A program made the translations under genes and the position numbers. From the human T2T-CHM13v2.0 reference genome, Homo sapiens: a stretch of 64,000 nt of DNA. Below are positions 28,799 through 44,000 of this stretch, piece after piece. The notes under the pieces are model-generated. The model was not told the origin of the DNA and did not search any database. It saw only the letters and a program-made list of their open reading frames with translations. The stretch lies in assembly GCF_009914755.1 (NCBI RefSeq), contig NC_060925.1; one strand, given 5' to 3'. Each line of letters starts with the position of its first letter. Positions within the stretch are counted from its first letter, which is position 1.

Positions 28799-30106
28799 GA
28801 ATTCAAAGGAATCATCATCAAATGGAACCGAATGGAATCCTCATTGAATGGAAATGAAAGGGGTCATCATCTAATGGAATCGCAAGGAATCATCATCAAA
28901 TGGAATCGAATGGAATCATCATCAAATGGAATCTAATGGAATCATTGAACAGAATTGAATGGAATCGTCATCGAATGAATTGAATGCAATCATCGAATGG
29001 TCTCGAATGGAATCATCTTCTAATGGAAAGGAATGGAATCATTGCATAGAATCGAATGGAATTATCATCGAATGGAATCGAATGGTATCAACACCAAACG
29101 GAAAAAAACGGAATTATCGAATGGAATCGAAGAGAATCTTCGAACGGACCCGAATGGAATCATCTAATGGAATGGAATGGAATAATCCATGGACTCGAAT
29201 GCAATCATCATCGAATGGAATCGAATGGAATCATCGAATGGACTCGAATGGAATAATCATTGAACGGAATCGATTGGAATCATCATCGGATGGAAATGAA
29301 AGGAATCATCATCGAATGGAATCGAATAGAATTATGGAATGAAATCCAGTGTGATCATCATCGAATGGACCCGAATGGAATCATCATCCAACGGAAGCTA
29401 ATGGAATCAACATCGAATGAATCGAATGGAAACACCATCGAATTGAAACGAATGGAATTATCATGAAATTGAAATGGATGGACTCATCATCGAATGGATT
29501 CGAATGGAATCATCGAATACAATTGATTGAAATCATCATCCAATGGAATCGAATGGTATCATTGAATGGAATCGAATGGAATCATCATCAGATGGAAATG
29601 AATGGAATCGTCATAGAATGGAATCGAATGGATTCATTGAATGGAATCAGATGGAATCATCGAATGGACTGGAATGGAATCATTGAATGGACTCGAAAGG
29701 GATCATAATTGAATGGAATTGAATGGAATCATCGAATGGTCTCGATTGGAATCATTATCAAATGGAATCGAATGGAATCACCGAATAGAATCGAATGGAA
29801 CAATCATCGAATGGACTCAAATGGAATTATCCTCCAATGGAATCGAATGGAATTATCGAATGCAATCGAATGGAATTATCGAATGCAATCGAATAGAATC
29901 ATCGAATGGACTCGAATGGAATCATCGAATGGAATGGAATGGAACAGTCAATGAACTCGAATGGAATCATCATTGAATGGAATCGAATGGAATCATCGAG
30001 TGGAATCGAATGGAATTATGATCAAATGGAATCGAATGTAATCATCATCAAATGGAATCAAAAATAACCATCATCAATTGGTATTGAATGGAATTGTCAT
30101 CAAATG
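28799..30106 (+). repeat. 1308-bp unit with a single hybrid A/B subrepeat; second copy 45687-46994
   Basis: 1776-468=1308. The ORF at 28959-29342 starts with A alleles (GKEW, MVSTP, IFERT) and ends with the B exit (MESNRIME). Confidence 0.92.
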
Positions 30107-31882
30107 GAATTCAAAGGAATCATCATCAAATGGAACCGAATGGAATCCTCATTGAATGGAAATGAAAGGGGTCATCATCTAATGGAATCGCATGGAATCA
30201 TCATCAAATGGAATCGAATGGAATCATCATCAAATGGAATCTAATGGAATCATTGAACAGAATTGAATGGAATCGTCATCGAATGAATTGAATGCAATCA
30301 TCGAATGGTCTCGAATGGAATCATCTTCTAATGGAAAGGAATGGAATCATCGCATAGAATCGAATGGAATTATCATCGAATGGAATCGAATGGTATCAAC
30401 ACCAAACGGAAAAAAACGGAATTATCGAATGGAATCGAAGAGAATCTTCGAACGGACCCGAATGGAATCATCTAATGGAATGGAATGGAATAATCCATGG
30501 ACTCGAATGCAATCATCATCGAATGGAATCGAATGGAATCATCGAATGGACTCGAATGGAATAATCATTGAACGGAATCGAATGGAATCATCATCGGATG
30601 GAAACGAATGGAATCATCATCGAATGGAAATGAAAGGAGGCATCATCTAATGGAATTGCATGGAATCATCATAAAATGGAATCGAATGGAATCAACATCA
30701 AATGGAATCAAATGGAATCATTGAACGGAATTGAATGGAATCGTCATCGAATGAATTGACTGCAATCATCGAATGGTCTCGAATGGAATCATCTTCAAAT
30801 GGAATGGAATGGAATCATCGCATAGAATCGAATGGAATTATCATCGAATGGAATCGAATGGAATCAACATCAAACGGAAAAAAACGGAATTATCGAATGG
30901 AATCGAAGAGAATCATCGAATGGACCCGAATGGAATCATCTAATGGAATGGAATGGAATAATCCATGGACTCGAATGCAATCATCATCGAATGGAATCGA
31001 ATGGAATCATCGAATGGACTCGAATGGAATAATCATTGAACGGAATCGAATGGAATCATCATCGGATGGAAATGAATGGAATCATCATCGAATGGAATCG
31101 AATAGAATTATGGAATGAAATCCAGTGTGATCATCATCGAATGGACCCGAATGGAATCATCATCCAACGGAAGCTAATGGAATCAACATCGAATGAATCG
31201 AATGGAAACACCATCGAATTGAAACGAATGGAATTATCATGAAATTGAAATGGATGGACTCATCATCGAATGGATTCGAATGGAATCATCGAATGAAATT
31301 GATTGAAATCATCATCGAATGGAATCGAATGGTATCATTGAATGGAATCGAATGGAATCATCATCAGATGGAAATGAATGGAATCGTCATAGAATGGAAT
31401 CGAATGGATTCATTGAATGGAATCAGATGGAATCATCGAATGGACTGGAATGGAATCATTGAATGGACTCGAAAGGGATCATGATTGAATGGAATTGAAT
31501 GGAATCATCGAATGGTCTCGATTGGAATCATTATCAAATGGAATCGAATGGAATCACCGAATAGAATCGAATGGAACAATCATCGAATGGACTCAAATGG
31601 AATTATCCTCAAATGGAATCGAATGGAATTATCGAATGCAATCGAATGGAATTATCGAATGCAATCGAATATAATCATCGAATGGACTCGAATGGAATCA
31701 TCGAATGGAATGTAATGGAACAGTCAATGAACTCGAATGGAATCATCATTGAATGGAATCGAATGGAATCATCGAGTGGAATCGAATGGAATTATGATCA
31801 AATGCAATCGAATGTAATCCTCATCAAATGGAATCAAAAATAACCATCATCAATTGGTATTGAATGGAATTGTCATCAAATG

Positions 31883-33648
31883 GAATTCAAAGGAATCATC
31901 ATCAAATGGAACCGAATGGAATCCTCATTGAATGGAAATGAAAGGGGTCATCATCTAATGGAATCGCATGGAATCATCATCAAATGGAATCGAATGGAAT
32001 CATCATCAAATGGAATCTAATGGAATCATTGAACAGAATTGAATGGAATCGTCATCGAATGAATTGAATGCAATCATCGAATGGTCTCGAATGGAATCAT
32101 CTTCTAATGGAAAGGAATGGAATCATCGCATAGAATCGAATGGAATTATCATCGAATGGAATCGAATGGTATCAACACCAAACGGAAAAAAACGGAATTA
32201 TCGAATGGAATCGAAGAGAATCTTCGAACGGACCCGAATGGAATCATCTAATGGAATGGAATGGAATAATCCATGGACTCGAATGCAATCATCATCGAAT
32301 GGAATCGAATGGAATCATCGAATGGACTCGAATGGAATAATCATTGAACGGAATCGAATGGAATCATCATCGGATGGAAACGAATGGAATCATCATCGAA
32401 TGGAAATGAAAGGAGTCATCATCTAATGGAATTGCATGGAATCATCATAAAATGGAATCCAATGGAATCAACATCAAATGGAATCAAATGGAATCATTGA
32501 ACGGAATTGAATGGAATCGTCATCGAATGAATTGACTGCAATCATCGAATGGTCTCGAATGGAATCAACTTCAAATGGAATGGAATGGAATCATCGAATA
32601 GAATCGAATGGAATTATCATCGAATGGAATCAACATCAAACGGAAAAAAACGGAATTATCGAATGGAATCGAAGAGAATCATCGAATGGACCCGAACGGA
32701 ATCATCTAATGGAATGGAATGGAATAATCCATGGACTCGAATGCAATCATCATCGAATGGAATCGAATGGAATCATCGAATGGACTCGAATGGAATAATC
32801 ATTGAACGGAATCGAATGGAATCATCATCGGATGGAAATGAATGGAATCATCATCGAATGGAATCGAATAGAATTATGGAATGAAATCCAGTGTGATCAT
32901 CATCGAATGGACCCGAATGGAATCATCATCCAACGGAAGCTAATGGAATCAACATCGAATGAATCAAATGGAAACACCATCGAATTGAAACGAATGGAAT
33001 TATCATGAAATTGAAATGGATGGACTCATCATCGAATGGATTCGAATGGAATCATCGAATAAAATTGATTGAAATCATCATCGAATGGAATCGAATGGTA
33101 TCATTGAATGGAATCGAATGGAATCATCATCAGATGGAAATGAATGGAATCGTCATAGAATGGAATCGAATGGATTCATTGAATTGAATCAGATGGAATC
33201 ATCGAATGGACTGGAATGGAATCATTGAATGGACTCGAAAGGGATCATGATTGAATGGAATTGAATGGAATCATCGAATGGTCTCGATTGGAATCATTAT
33301 CAAATGGAATCGAATGGAATCACCGAATAGAATCGAATGGAACAATCATCGAATGGACTCAAATGGAATTATCCTCAAATGGAATCGAATGGAATTATCG
33401 AATGCAATCGAATGGAATTATCGAATGCAATCGAATAGAATCATCGAATGGACTCGAATGGAATCATCGAATGGAATGGAATGGAACAGTCAATGAACTC
33501 GAATGGAATCATCATTGAATGGAATCGAATGGAATCATCGAGTGGAATCGAATGGAATTATGATCAAATGGAATCGAATGTAATCATCATCAAATGGAAT
33601 CAAAAATAACCATCATCAATTGGTATTGAATGGAATTGTCATCAAATG
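31883..33648 (+). repeat. 1766-bp unit (10-bp deletion); also 48771-50536, 55148-56913, 61574-63339
   Basis: One cgaatggaat is lost before caacatcaaacgg (~32630, ~49518, ~55895, ~62321), linked in all four with catcgaatagaa and ccgaacgg variants. Confidence 0.88.
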
Positions 33649-36600
33649 GAATTCAAAGGAATCATCATCAAATGGAACCGAATGGAATCCTCATTGAATG
33701 GAAATGAAAGGGGTCATCATCTAATGGATTCGCATGGAATCATCATCTAATGGAATCGAATGGAATCATCATCAAATGGAATCTAATGGAATCATTGAAC
33801 AGAATTGAATGGAATCGTCATCGAATGAATTGAATGCAATCATCGAATGGTCTCGAATGGAATCATCTTCTAATGGAAAGGAATGGAATCATCGCATAGA
33901 ATCGAATGGAATTATCATCGAATGGAACCGAATGGTATCAACACCAAACGTAAAAAAACGGAATTATCGAATGGAATCGAAGAGAATCTTCGAACGGACC
34001 CGAATGGAATCATCTAATGGAATGGAATGGAATAATCCATGGACTCGAATGCAATCATCATCGAATGGAATCGAATGGAATCATCGAATGGACTCGAATG
34101 GAATAATCATTGAACGGAATCGAATGGAATCATCATCGGATGGAAACGAATGGAATCATCATCGAATGGAAATGAAAGGAGTCATCATCTAATGGAATTG
34201 CATGGAATCATCATAAAATGGAATCGAATGGAATCAACATCAAATGGAATCAAATGGAATCATTGAACGGAATTGAATGGAATCGTCATCGAATGAATTG
34301 ACTGCAATCATCGAATGGTCTCGAATGGAATCATCTTCAAATGGAATGGAATGGAATCATCGCATAGAATCGAATGGAATTATCATCGAATGGAATTGAA
34401 TGGAATCAACATCAAACGGAAAAAAACGGAATTATCGAATGGAATCGAAGAGAATCATCGAATGGACCCGAATGGAATCATCTAATGGAATGGAATGGAA
34501 TAATCCATGGACTCGAATGCAATCATCATCGAATGGAATCGAATGGAATCATCGAATGGACTCGAATGGAATAATCATTGAACGGAAACGAATGGAATCA
34601 TCATCGGATGGAAATGAATGGAATCATCATCGAATGGAATCGAATAGAATTATGGAATGAAATCCAGTGTGATCATCATCGAATGGACCCGAATGGAATC
34701 ATCATCCAACGGAAGCTAATGGAATCAACATCGAATGAATCGAATGGAAACACCATCGAATTGAAACGAATGGAATTATCATGAAATTGAAATGGATGGA
34801 CTCATCATCGAATGGATTCGAATGGAATCATCGAATAAAATTGATTGAAATCATCATCGAATGGAATCGAATGGTATCATTGAATGGAATCGAATGGAAT
34901 CATCATCAGATGGAAATGAATGGAATCGTCATAGAATGGAATCGAATGGATTCATTGAATGGAATCAGATGGAATCATCGAATGGACTGGAATGGAATCA
35001 TTGAATGGACTCGAAAGGGATCATTATTGAATGCAATTGAATGGAATCATCGAATGGTCTCGATTGGAATCATTATCAAATGGAATCGAATGGAATCACC
35101 GAATAGAATCGAATGGAACAATCATCGAATGGACTCAAATGGAATTATCCTCAAATGGAATCGAATGGAATTATCGAATGCAATCGAATGGAATTATCGA
35201 ATGCAATCGAATAGAATCATCGAATGGACTCGAATGGAATCATCGAATGGAATGGAATGGAACAGTCAATGAACACGAATGGAATCATCATTGAATGGAA
35301 TCGAATGGAATCATCGAGTGGAATCGAATGGAATTATGATCAAATGGAATCGAATGTAATCATCATCAAATGGAATCAAAAATAACCATCATCAATTGGT
35401 ATTGAATGGAATTGTCATCAAATGGAATTCAAAGGAATCATCATCAAATGGAACCGAATGGAATCCTCATTGAATGGAAATGAAAGGGGTCATCATCTAA
35501 TGGAATCGCATGGAATCATCATCAAATGGAATCGAATGGAATCATCATCAAATGGAATCTAATGGAATCATTGAACAGAATTGAATGGAATGGTCATTGA
35601 ATGAATTGAATGCAATCATCGAATGGTCTCGAATGGAATCATCTTCTAATGGAAAGGAATGGAATCATCGCATAGAATCGAATGGAATTATCATCGAATG
35701 GAATCGAATGGTATCAACACCAAACGGAAAAAAACGGAATTATCGAATGGAATCGAAGAGAATCTTCGAACGGACCCGAATGGAATCATCTAATGGAATA
35801 GAATGGAATAATCCATGGACTCGAATGCAATCATCATCGAATGGAATCGAATGGAATCATCGAATGGACTCGAATGGAATAATCATTGAACGGAATCGAA
35901 TGGAATCATCATCGGATGGAAACGAATGGAATCATCATCGAATGGAAATGAAAGGAGTCATCATCTAATGGAATTGCATGGAATCATCATAAAATGGAAT
36001 CGAATGGAATCAACATCAAATGGAATCAAATGGAATCATTGAACGGAATTGAATGGAATCGTCATCGAATGAATTGACTGCAATCATCGAATGGTCTCGG
36101 AATCATCTTCAAATGGAATGGAATGGAATCATCGCATAGAATCGAATGGAATTATCATCGAATGGAATCGAATGGAATCAACATCAAACGGAAAAAAACG
36201 GAATTATCGAATGGAATCGAAGAGAATCATCGAATGGACCCGAATGGAATCATCTAATGGAATGGAATGGAATAATCCATGGACTCGAATGCAATCATCA
36301 TCGAATGGAATCGAATGGAATCATCGAATGAACTCGAATGGAATCATCATTGAATGGAATCGAATGGAATCATCGAGTGGAATCGAATGGAATTATGATC
36401 AAATGGAATCGAATGTAATCATCATCAAATGGAATCAAAAATAACCATCATCAATTGGTATTGAATGGAATTGTCATCAAATGGAATTCAAAGGAATCAT
36501 CATCAAATGGAACCGAATGGAATCCTCATTGAATGGAAATGAAAGGGGTCATCATCTAATGGAATCGCATGGAATCATCATCAAATGGAATCGAATGGAA

Positions 36601-38080
36601 TCATCATCAAATGGAATCTAATGGAATCATTGAACAGAATTGAATGGAATCGTCATCGAATGAATTGAATGCAATCATCGAATGGTCTCGAATGGAATCA
36701 TCTTCTAATGGAAAGGAATGGAATCATCGCATAGAATCGAATGGAATTATCATCGAATGGAATCGAATGGTATCAACACCAAACGGAAAAAAACGGAATT
36801 ATCGAATGGAATCGAAGAGAATCTTCGAACGGACCCGAATGGAATCATCTAATGGAATGGAATGGAATAATCCATGGACTCGAATGCAATCATCATCGAA
36901 TGGAATCGAATGGAATCATCGAATGGACTCGAATGGAATAATCATTGAACGGAATCGAATGGAATCATCATCGGATGGAAACGAATGGAATCATCATCGA
37001 ATGGAAATGAAAGGAGTCATCATCTAATGGAATTGCATGGAATCATCATAAAATGGAATCGAATGGAATCAACATCAAATGGAATCAAATGGAATCATTG
37101 AACGGAATTGAATGGAATCGTCATCGAATGAATTGACTGCAATCATCGAATGGTCTCGAATGGAATCATCTTCAAATGGAATGGAATGGAATCATCGCAT
37201 AGAATCGAATGGAATTATCATCGAATGGAATCGAATGGAATCAACATCAAACGGAAAAAAACGGAATTATCGAATGGAATCGAAGAGAATCATCGAATGG
37301 ACCCGAATGGAATCATCTAATGGAATGGAATGGAATAATCCATGGACTCGAATGCAATCATCATCGAATGGAATCGAATGGAATCATCGAATGGACTCGA
37401 ATGGAATAATCATTGAACGGAAACGAATGGAATCATCATCGGATGGAAATGAATGGAATCATCATCGAATGGAATCGAATAGAATTATGGAATGAAATCC
37501 AGTGTGATCATCATCGAATGGACCCGAATGGAATCATCATCCAACGGAAGCTAATGGAATCAACATCGAATGAATCGAATGGAAACACCATCGAATTGAA
37601 ACGAATGGAATTATCATGAAATTGAAATGGATGGACTCATCATCGAATGGATTCGAATGGAATCATCGAATAAAATTGATTGAAATCATCATCGAATGGA
37701 ATCGAATGGTATCATTGAATGGAATCGAATGGAATCATCATCAGATGGAAATGAATGGAATCGTCATAGAATGGAATCGAATGGATTCATTGAATGGAAT
37801 CAGATGGAATCATCGAATGGACTGGAATGGAATCATTGAATGGACTCGAAAGGGATCATGATTGAATGGAATTGAATGGAATCATCGAATGGTCTCGATT
37901 GGAATCATTATCAAATGGAATCGAATGGAATCACCGAATAGAATCGAATGGAACAATCATCGAATGGACTCAAATGGAATTATCCTCAAATGGAATCGAA
38001 TGGAATTATCGAATGCAATCGAATGGAATTATCGAATGCAATCGAATAAAATCATCGAATGGACTCGAATGGAATCATCG

Positions 38081-41000
38081 AATGGAATGGAATGGAACAG
38101 TCAATGAACTCGAATGGAATCATCATTGAATGGAATCGAATGGAATCATCGAGTGGAATCGAATGGAATTATGATCAAATGGAATCGAATGTAATCATCA
38201 TCAAATGGAATCAAAAATAACCATCATCAATTGGTATTGAATGGAATTGTCATCAAATGGAATTCAAAGGAATCATCATCAAATGGAACCGAATGGAATC
38301 CTCATTGAATGGAAATGAAAGGTGTCATCATCTAATGGAATCGCATGGAATCATCATCAAATGGAATCGAATGGAATCATCATCAAATGGAATCTAATGG
38401 AATCATTGAACAGAATTGAATGGAATGGTCATCGAATGAATTGAATGCAATCATCGAATGGTCTCGAATGGTATCATCTTCTAATGGAAAGGAATGGAAT
38501 CATCGCATAGAATCGAATGGAATTATCATCGAATGGAATCGAATGGTATCAACACCAAACGGAAAAAAACGGAATTATCGAATGGAATCGAAGAGAATCT
38601 TCGAACGGACCCGAATGGAATCATCTAATGGAATGGAATGGAACAATCCATGGACTCGAATGCAATCATCATCGAATGGAATCGAATGGAATCATCGAAT
38701 GGACTCGAATGGAATAATCATTGAACGGAATCGAATGGAATCATCATCGGATGGAAACGAATGGAATCATCATCGAATGGAAATGAAAGGAGTCATCATC
38801 TAATGGAATTGCATGGAATCATCATAAAATGGAATCGAATGGAATCAACATCAAATGGAATCAAATGGAATCATTGAACGGAATTGAATGGAATCGTCAT
38901 CGAATGAATTGACTGCAATCATCGAGTGGTCTCGGAATCATCTTCAAATGGAATGGAATGGAATCATCGCATAGAATCGAATGGAATTATCATCGAATGG
39001 AATCGAATGGAATCAACATCAAACGGAAAAAAACGGAATTATCGAATGGAATCGAAGAGAATCATCGAATGGACCCGAATGGAATCATCTAATGGAATGG
39101 AATGGAATAATCCATGGACTCGAATGCAATCATCATCGAATGGAATCGAATGGAATCATCGAATGGACTCAAATGGAATAATCATTGAACGGAATCGAAT
39201 GGAATCATCATCGGATGGAAATGAATGGAATCATCATCGAATGGAATCGAATAGAATTATGGAATGAAATCCAGTGTGATTATCATCGAATGGACCCGAA
39301 TGGAATCATCATCCAACGGAAGCTAATGGAATCAACATCGAATGAATCGAATGGAAACACCATCGAATTGAAACGAATGGAATTATCATGAAATTGAAAT
39401 GGATGGACTCATCATCGAATGGATTCGAATGGAATCATCGAATAAAATTGATTGAAATCATCATCCAATGGAATCGAATGGTATCATTGAATGGAATCGA
39501 ATGGAATCATCATCAGATGGAAATGAATGGAATCGTCATAGAATGGAATCGAATGGATTCATTGAATGGAATCAGATGGAATCATCGAATGGACTGGAAT
39601 GGAATCATTGAATGGACTCGAAAGGGATCATGATTGAATGGAATTGAATGGAATCATCGAATGGTCTCGATTGGAATCATTATCAAATGGAATCGAATGG
39701 AATCACCGAATAGAATCGAATGGAACAATCATCGAATGGACTCAAATGGAATTATCCTCAAATGGAATCGAATGGAATTATCGAATGCAATCGAATGGAA
39801 TTATCGAATGCAATCGAATAGAATCATCGAATGGACTCGAATGGAATCATCGAATGGAATGGAATGGAACAGTCAATGAACTCGAATGGAATCATCATTG
39901 AATGGAATCGAATGGAATCATCGAGTGGAATCGAATGGAATTATGATCAAATGGAATCGAATGTAATCATCATCAAATGGAATCAAAAATAACCATCATC
40001 AATTGGTATTGAATGGAATTGTCATCAAATGGAATTCAAAGGAATCATCATCAAATGGAACCGAATGGAATCCTCATTGAATGGAAATGAAAGGGGTCAT
40101 CATCTAATGGAATCGCATGGAATCATCATCAAATGGAATCGAATGGAATCATCATCAAATGGAATCTAATGGAATCATTGAACAGAATTGAATGGAATCG
40201 TCATCGAATGAATTGAATGCAATCATCGAATGGTCTCGAATGGAATCATCTTCTAATGGAAAGGAATGGAATCATCGCATAGAATCGAATGGAATTATCA
40301 TCGAATGGAATCGAATGGTATCAACACCAAACGGAAAAAAACGGAATTATCGAATGGAATCGAAGAGAATCTTCGAACGGACCTGAATGGAATCATCTAA
40401 TGGAATGGAATGGAATAATCCATGGACTCGAATGCAATCATCATCGAATGGAATCGAATGGAATCATCGAATGGACTCGAATGGAATAATCATTGAACGG
40501 AATCGAATGGAATCATCATCGGATGGAAACGAATGGAATCATCATCGAATGGAAATGAAAGGAGTCATCATCTAATGGAATTGCATGGAATCATCATAAA
40601 ATGGAATCGAAAGGAATCAACATCAAATGGAATCAAATGGAATCATTGAACGGAATTGAATGGAATCGTCATCAAATGAATTGACTGCAATCATCGAATG
40701 GTCTCGAATGGAATCATCTTCAAATGGAATGGAATGGAATCATCGCATAGAATCGAATGGAAGTATCATCGAATGGAATCGAATGGAATCAACATCAAAC
40801 GGAAAAAAACGGAATTATCGAATGGAATCGAAGAGAATCATCGAATGGACCCGAATGGAATCATCTAATGGAATGGAATGGAATAATCCATGGACTCGAA
40901 TGCAATCATCATCGAATGGAATCGAATGGAATCATCGAATGAACTCGAATGGAATCATCATTGAATGGAATCGAATGGAATCATCGAGTGGAATCGAATG

Positions 41001-44000
41001 CAATTATGATCAAATGGAATCGAATGTAATCATCATCAAATGGAATCAAAAATAACCATCATAAATTGGTATTGAATGGAATTGTCATCAAAAGGAATTC
41101 AAAGGAATCATCATCAAATGGAACCGAATGGAATCCTCATTGAATGGAAATGAAAGGGGTCATCATCTAATGGAATCGCATGGAATCATCATCAAATGGA
41201 ATCGAATGGAATCATCATCAAATGGAATCTAATGGAATCATTGAACAGAATTGAATGGAATCGTCATCGAATGAATTGAATGCAATCATCGAATGGTCTC
41301 GAATGGAATCATCTTCTAATGGAAAGGAATGGAATCATCGCATAGAATCGAATGGAATTATCATCGAATGGAATCGAATGGTATCAACACCAAACGGAAA
41401 AAAACGGAATTATCGAATGGAATCGAAGAGAATCTTCGAACGGACCCGAATGGAATCATCTAATGGAATGGAATGGAATAATCCATGGACTCGAATGCAA
41501 TCATCATCGAATGGAATCGAATGGAATCATCGAATGGACTCGAATGGAATAATCATTGAACGGAATCGAATGGAATCATCATCGGATGGAAACGAATGGA
41601 ATCATCATCGAATGGAAATGAAAGGAGTCATCATCTAATGGAATTGCATGGAATCATCATAAAATGGAATCGAATGGAATCAACATCAAATGGAATCAAA
41701 TGGAATCATTGAACGGAATTGAATGGAATCGTCATCGAATGAATTGACTGCAATCATCCAATGGTCTCGAATGGAATCATCTTCAAATGGAATGGAATGG
41801 AATCATCGCATAGAATCGAATGGAATTATCATCGAATGGAATCGAATGGAATCAACATCAAACGGAAAAAAACGGAATTATCGAATGGAATCGAAGAGAA
41901 TCATCGAATGGACCCGAATGGAATCATCTAATGGAATGGAATGGAATAATCCATGGACTCGAATGCAATCATCATCGAATGGAATCGAATGGAATCATCG
42001 AATGGACTCGAATGGAATAATCATTGAACGGAATTGAATGGAATCATCATCGGATGGAAATGAATGGAATCATCATCGAATGGAATCGAATAGAATTATG
42101 GAATGAAATCCAGTGTGATCATCATCGAATGGACCCGAATGGAATCATCATCCAACGGAAGCTAATGGAATCAACATCGAATGAATCGAATGGAAACACC
42201 ATCGAATTGAAACGAATGGAATTATCATGAAATTGAAATGGATGGACTCATCATCGAATGGATTCGAATGGAATCATCGAATAAAATTGATTGAAATCAT
42301 CATCCAATGGAATCGAATGGTATCATTGAATGGAATCGAATGGAATCATCATCAGATGGAAATGAATGGAATCGTCATAGAATGGAATCGAATGGATTCA
42401 TTGAATGGAATCAGATGGAATCATCGAATGGACTGGAATGGAATCATTGAATGGACTCGAAAGGGATCATGATTGAATGGAATTGAATGGAATCATCGAA
42501 TGGTCTCGATTGGAATCATTATCAAATGGAATCGAATGGAATCACCGAATAGAATCGAATGGAACAATCATCGAATGGACTCAAATGCAATTATCCTCAA
42601 ATGGAATCGAATGGAATTATCGAATGCAATCGAATGGAATTATCGAATGCAATCGAATAGAATCATCGAATGGACTCGAATGGAATCATCGAATGGAATG
42701 GAATGGAACAGTCAATGAACTCGAATGGAATCATCATTGAATGGAATCGAATGGAATTATGATCAAATGCAATCGAATGTAATCCTCATCAAATGGAATC
42801 AAAAATAACCATCATCAATTGGTATTGAATGGAATTGTCATCAAATGGAATTCAAAGGAATCATCATCAAATGGAACCGAATGGAATCCTCATTGAATGG
42901 AAATGAAAGGGGTCATCGTCTAATGGAATCGCATGGAATCATCATCAAATGGAATCGAATGGAATCATCATCAAATGGAATCTAATGGAATCATTGAACA
43001 GAATTGAATGGAATCGTCATCGAATGAATTGAATGCAATCATCGAATGGTCTCGAATGGAATCATCTTCTAATGGAAAGGAATGGAATCATCGCATAGAA
43101 TCGAATGGAATTATCATCGAATGGAATCGAATGGTATCAACACCAAACGGAAAAAAACGGAATTATCGAATGGAATCGAAGAGAATCTTCGAACGGACCC
43201 GAATGGAATCATCTAATGGAATGGAATGGAATAATCCATGGACTCGAATGCAATCATCATCGAATGGAATCGAATGGAATCATCGAATGGACTCGAATGG
43301 AATAATCATTGAACGGAATCGAATGGAATCATCATCGGATGGAAACGAATGGAATCATCATCGAATGGAAATGAAAGGAGTCATCATCTAATGGAATTGC
43401 ATGGAATCATCATAAAATGGAATCCAATGGAATCAACATCAAATGGAATCAAATGGAATCATTGAACGGAATTGAATGGAATCGTCATCGAATGAATTGA
43501 CTGCAATCATCCAATGGTCTCGAATGGAATCATCTTCAAATGGAATGGAATGGAATCATCGCATAGAATCGAATGGAATTATCATCGAATGGAATCGAAT
43601 GGAATCAACATCAAACGGAAAAAAACGGAATTATCGAATGGAATCGAAGAGAATCATCGAATGGACCCGAATGGAATCATCTAATGGAATGGAATGGAAT
43701 AATCCATGGACTCGAATGCAATCATCATCGAATGGAATCGAATGGAATCATCGAATGGACTCGAATGGAATAATCATTGAACGGAATCGAATGGAATCAT
43801 CATCGGATGGAAATGAAAGGAATCATCATCGATTGGAATCGAATAGAATTATGGAATGAAATCCAGTGTGATCATCATCGAATGGACCCGAATGGAATCA
43901 TCATCCAACGGAAGCTAATGGAATCAACATCGAATGAATCGAATGGAAACACCATCGAATTGAAACGAATGGAATTATCATGAAATTGAAATGGATGGAC

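Larger units (their letters stand above)
21200..38080 (+). repeat. 16,888-bp 11-unit higher-order repeat, copy 1
   Basis: Unit order 1772,1063,1753,1776,1063,1308,1776,1766,1776,1059,1776 sums to 16,888. ORF variants from 21532 to ~37600 recur at +16,888. Ends are approximate. Confidence 0.93.
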
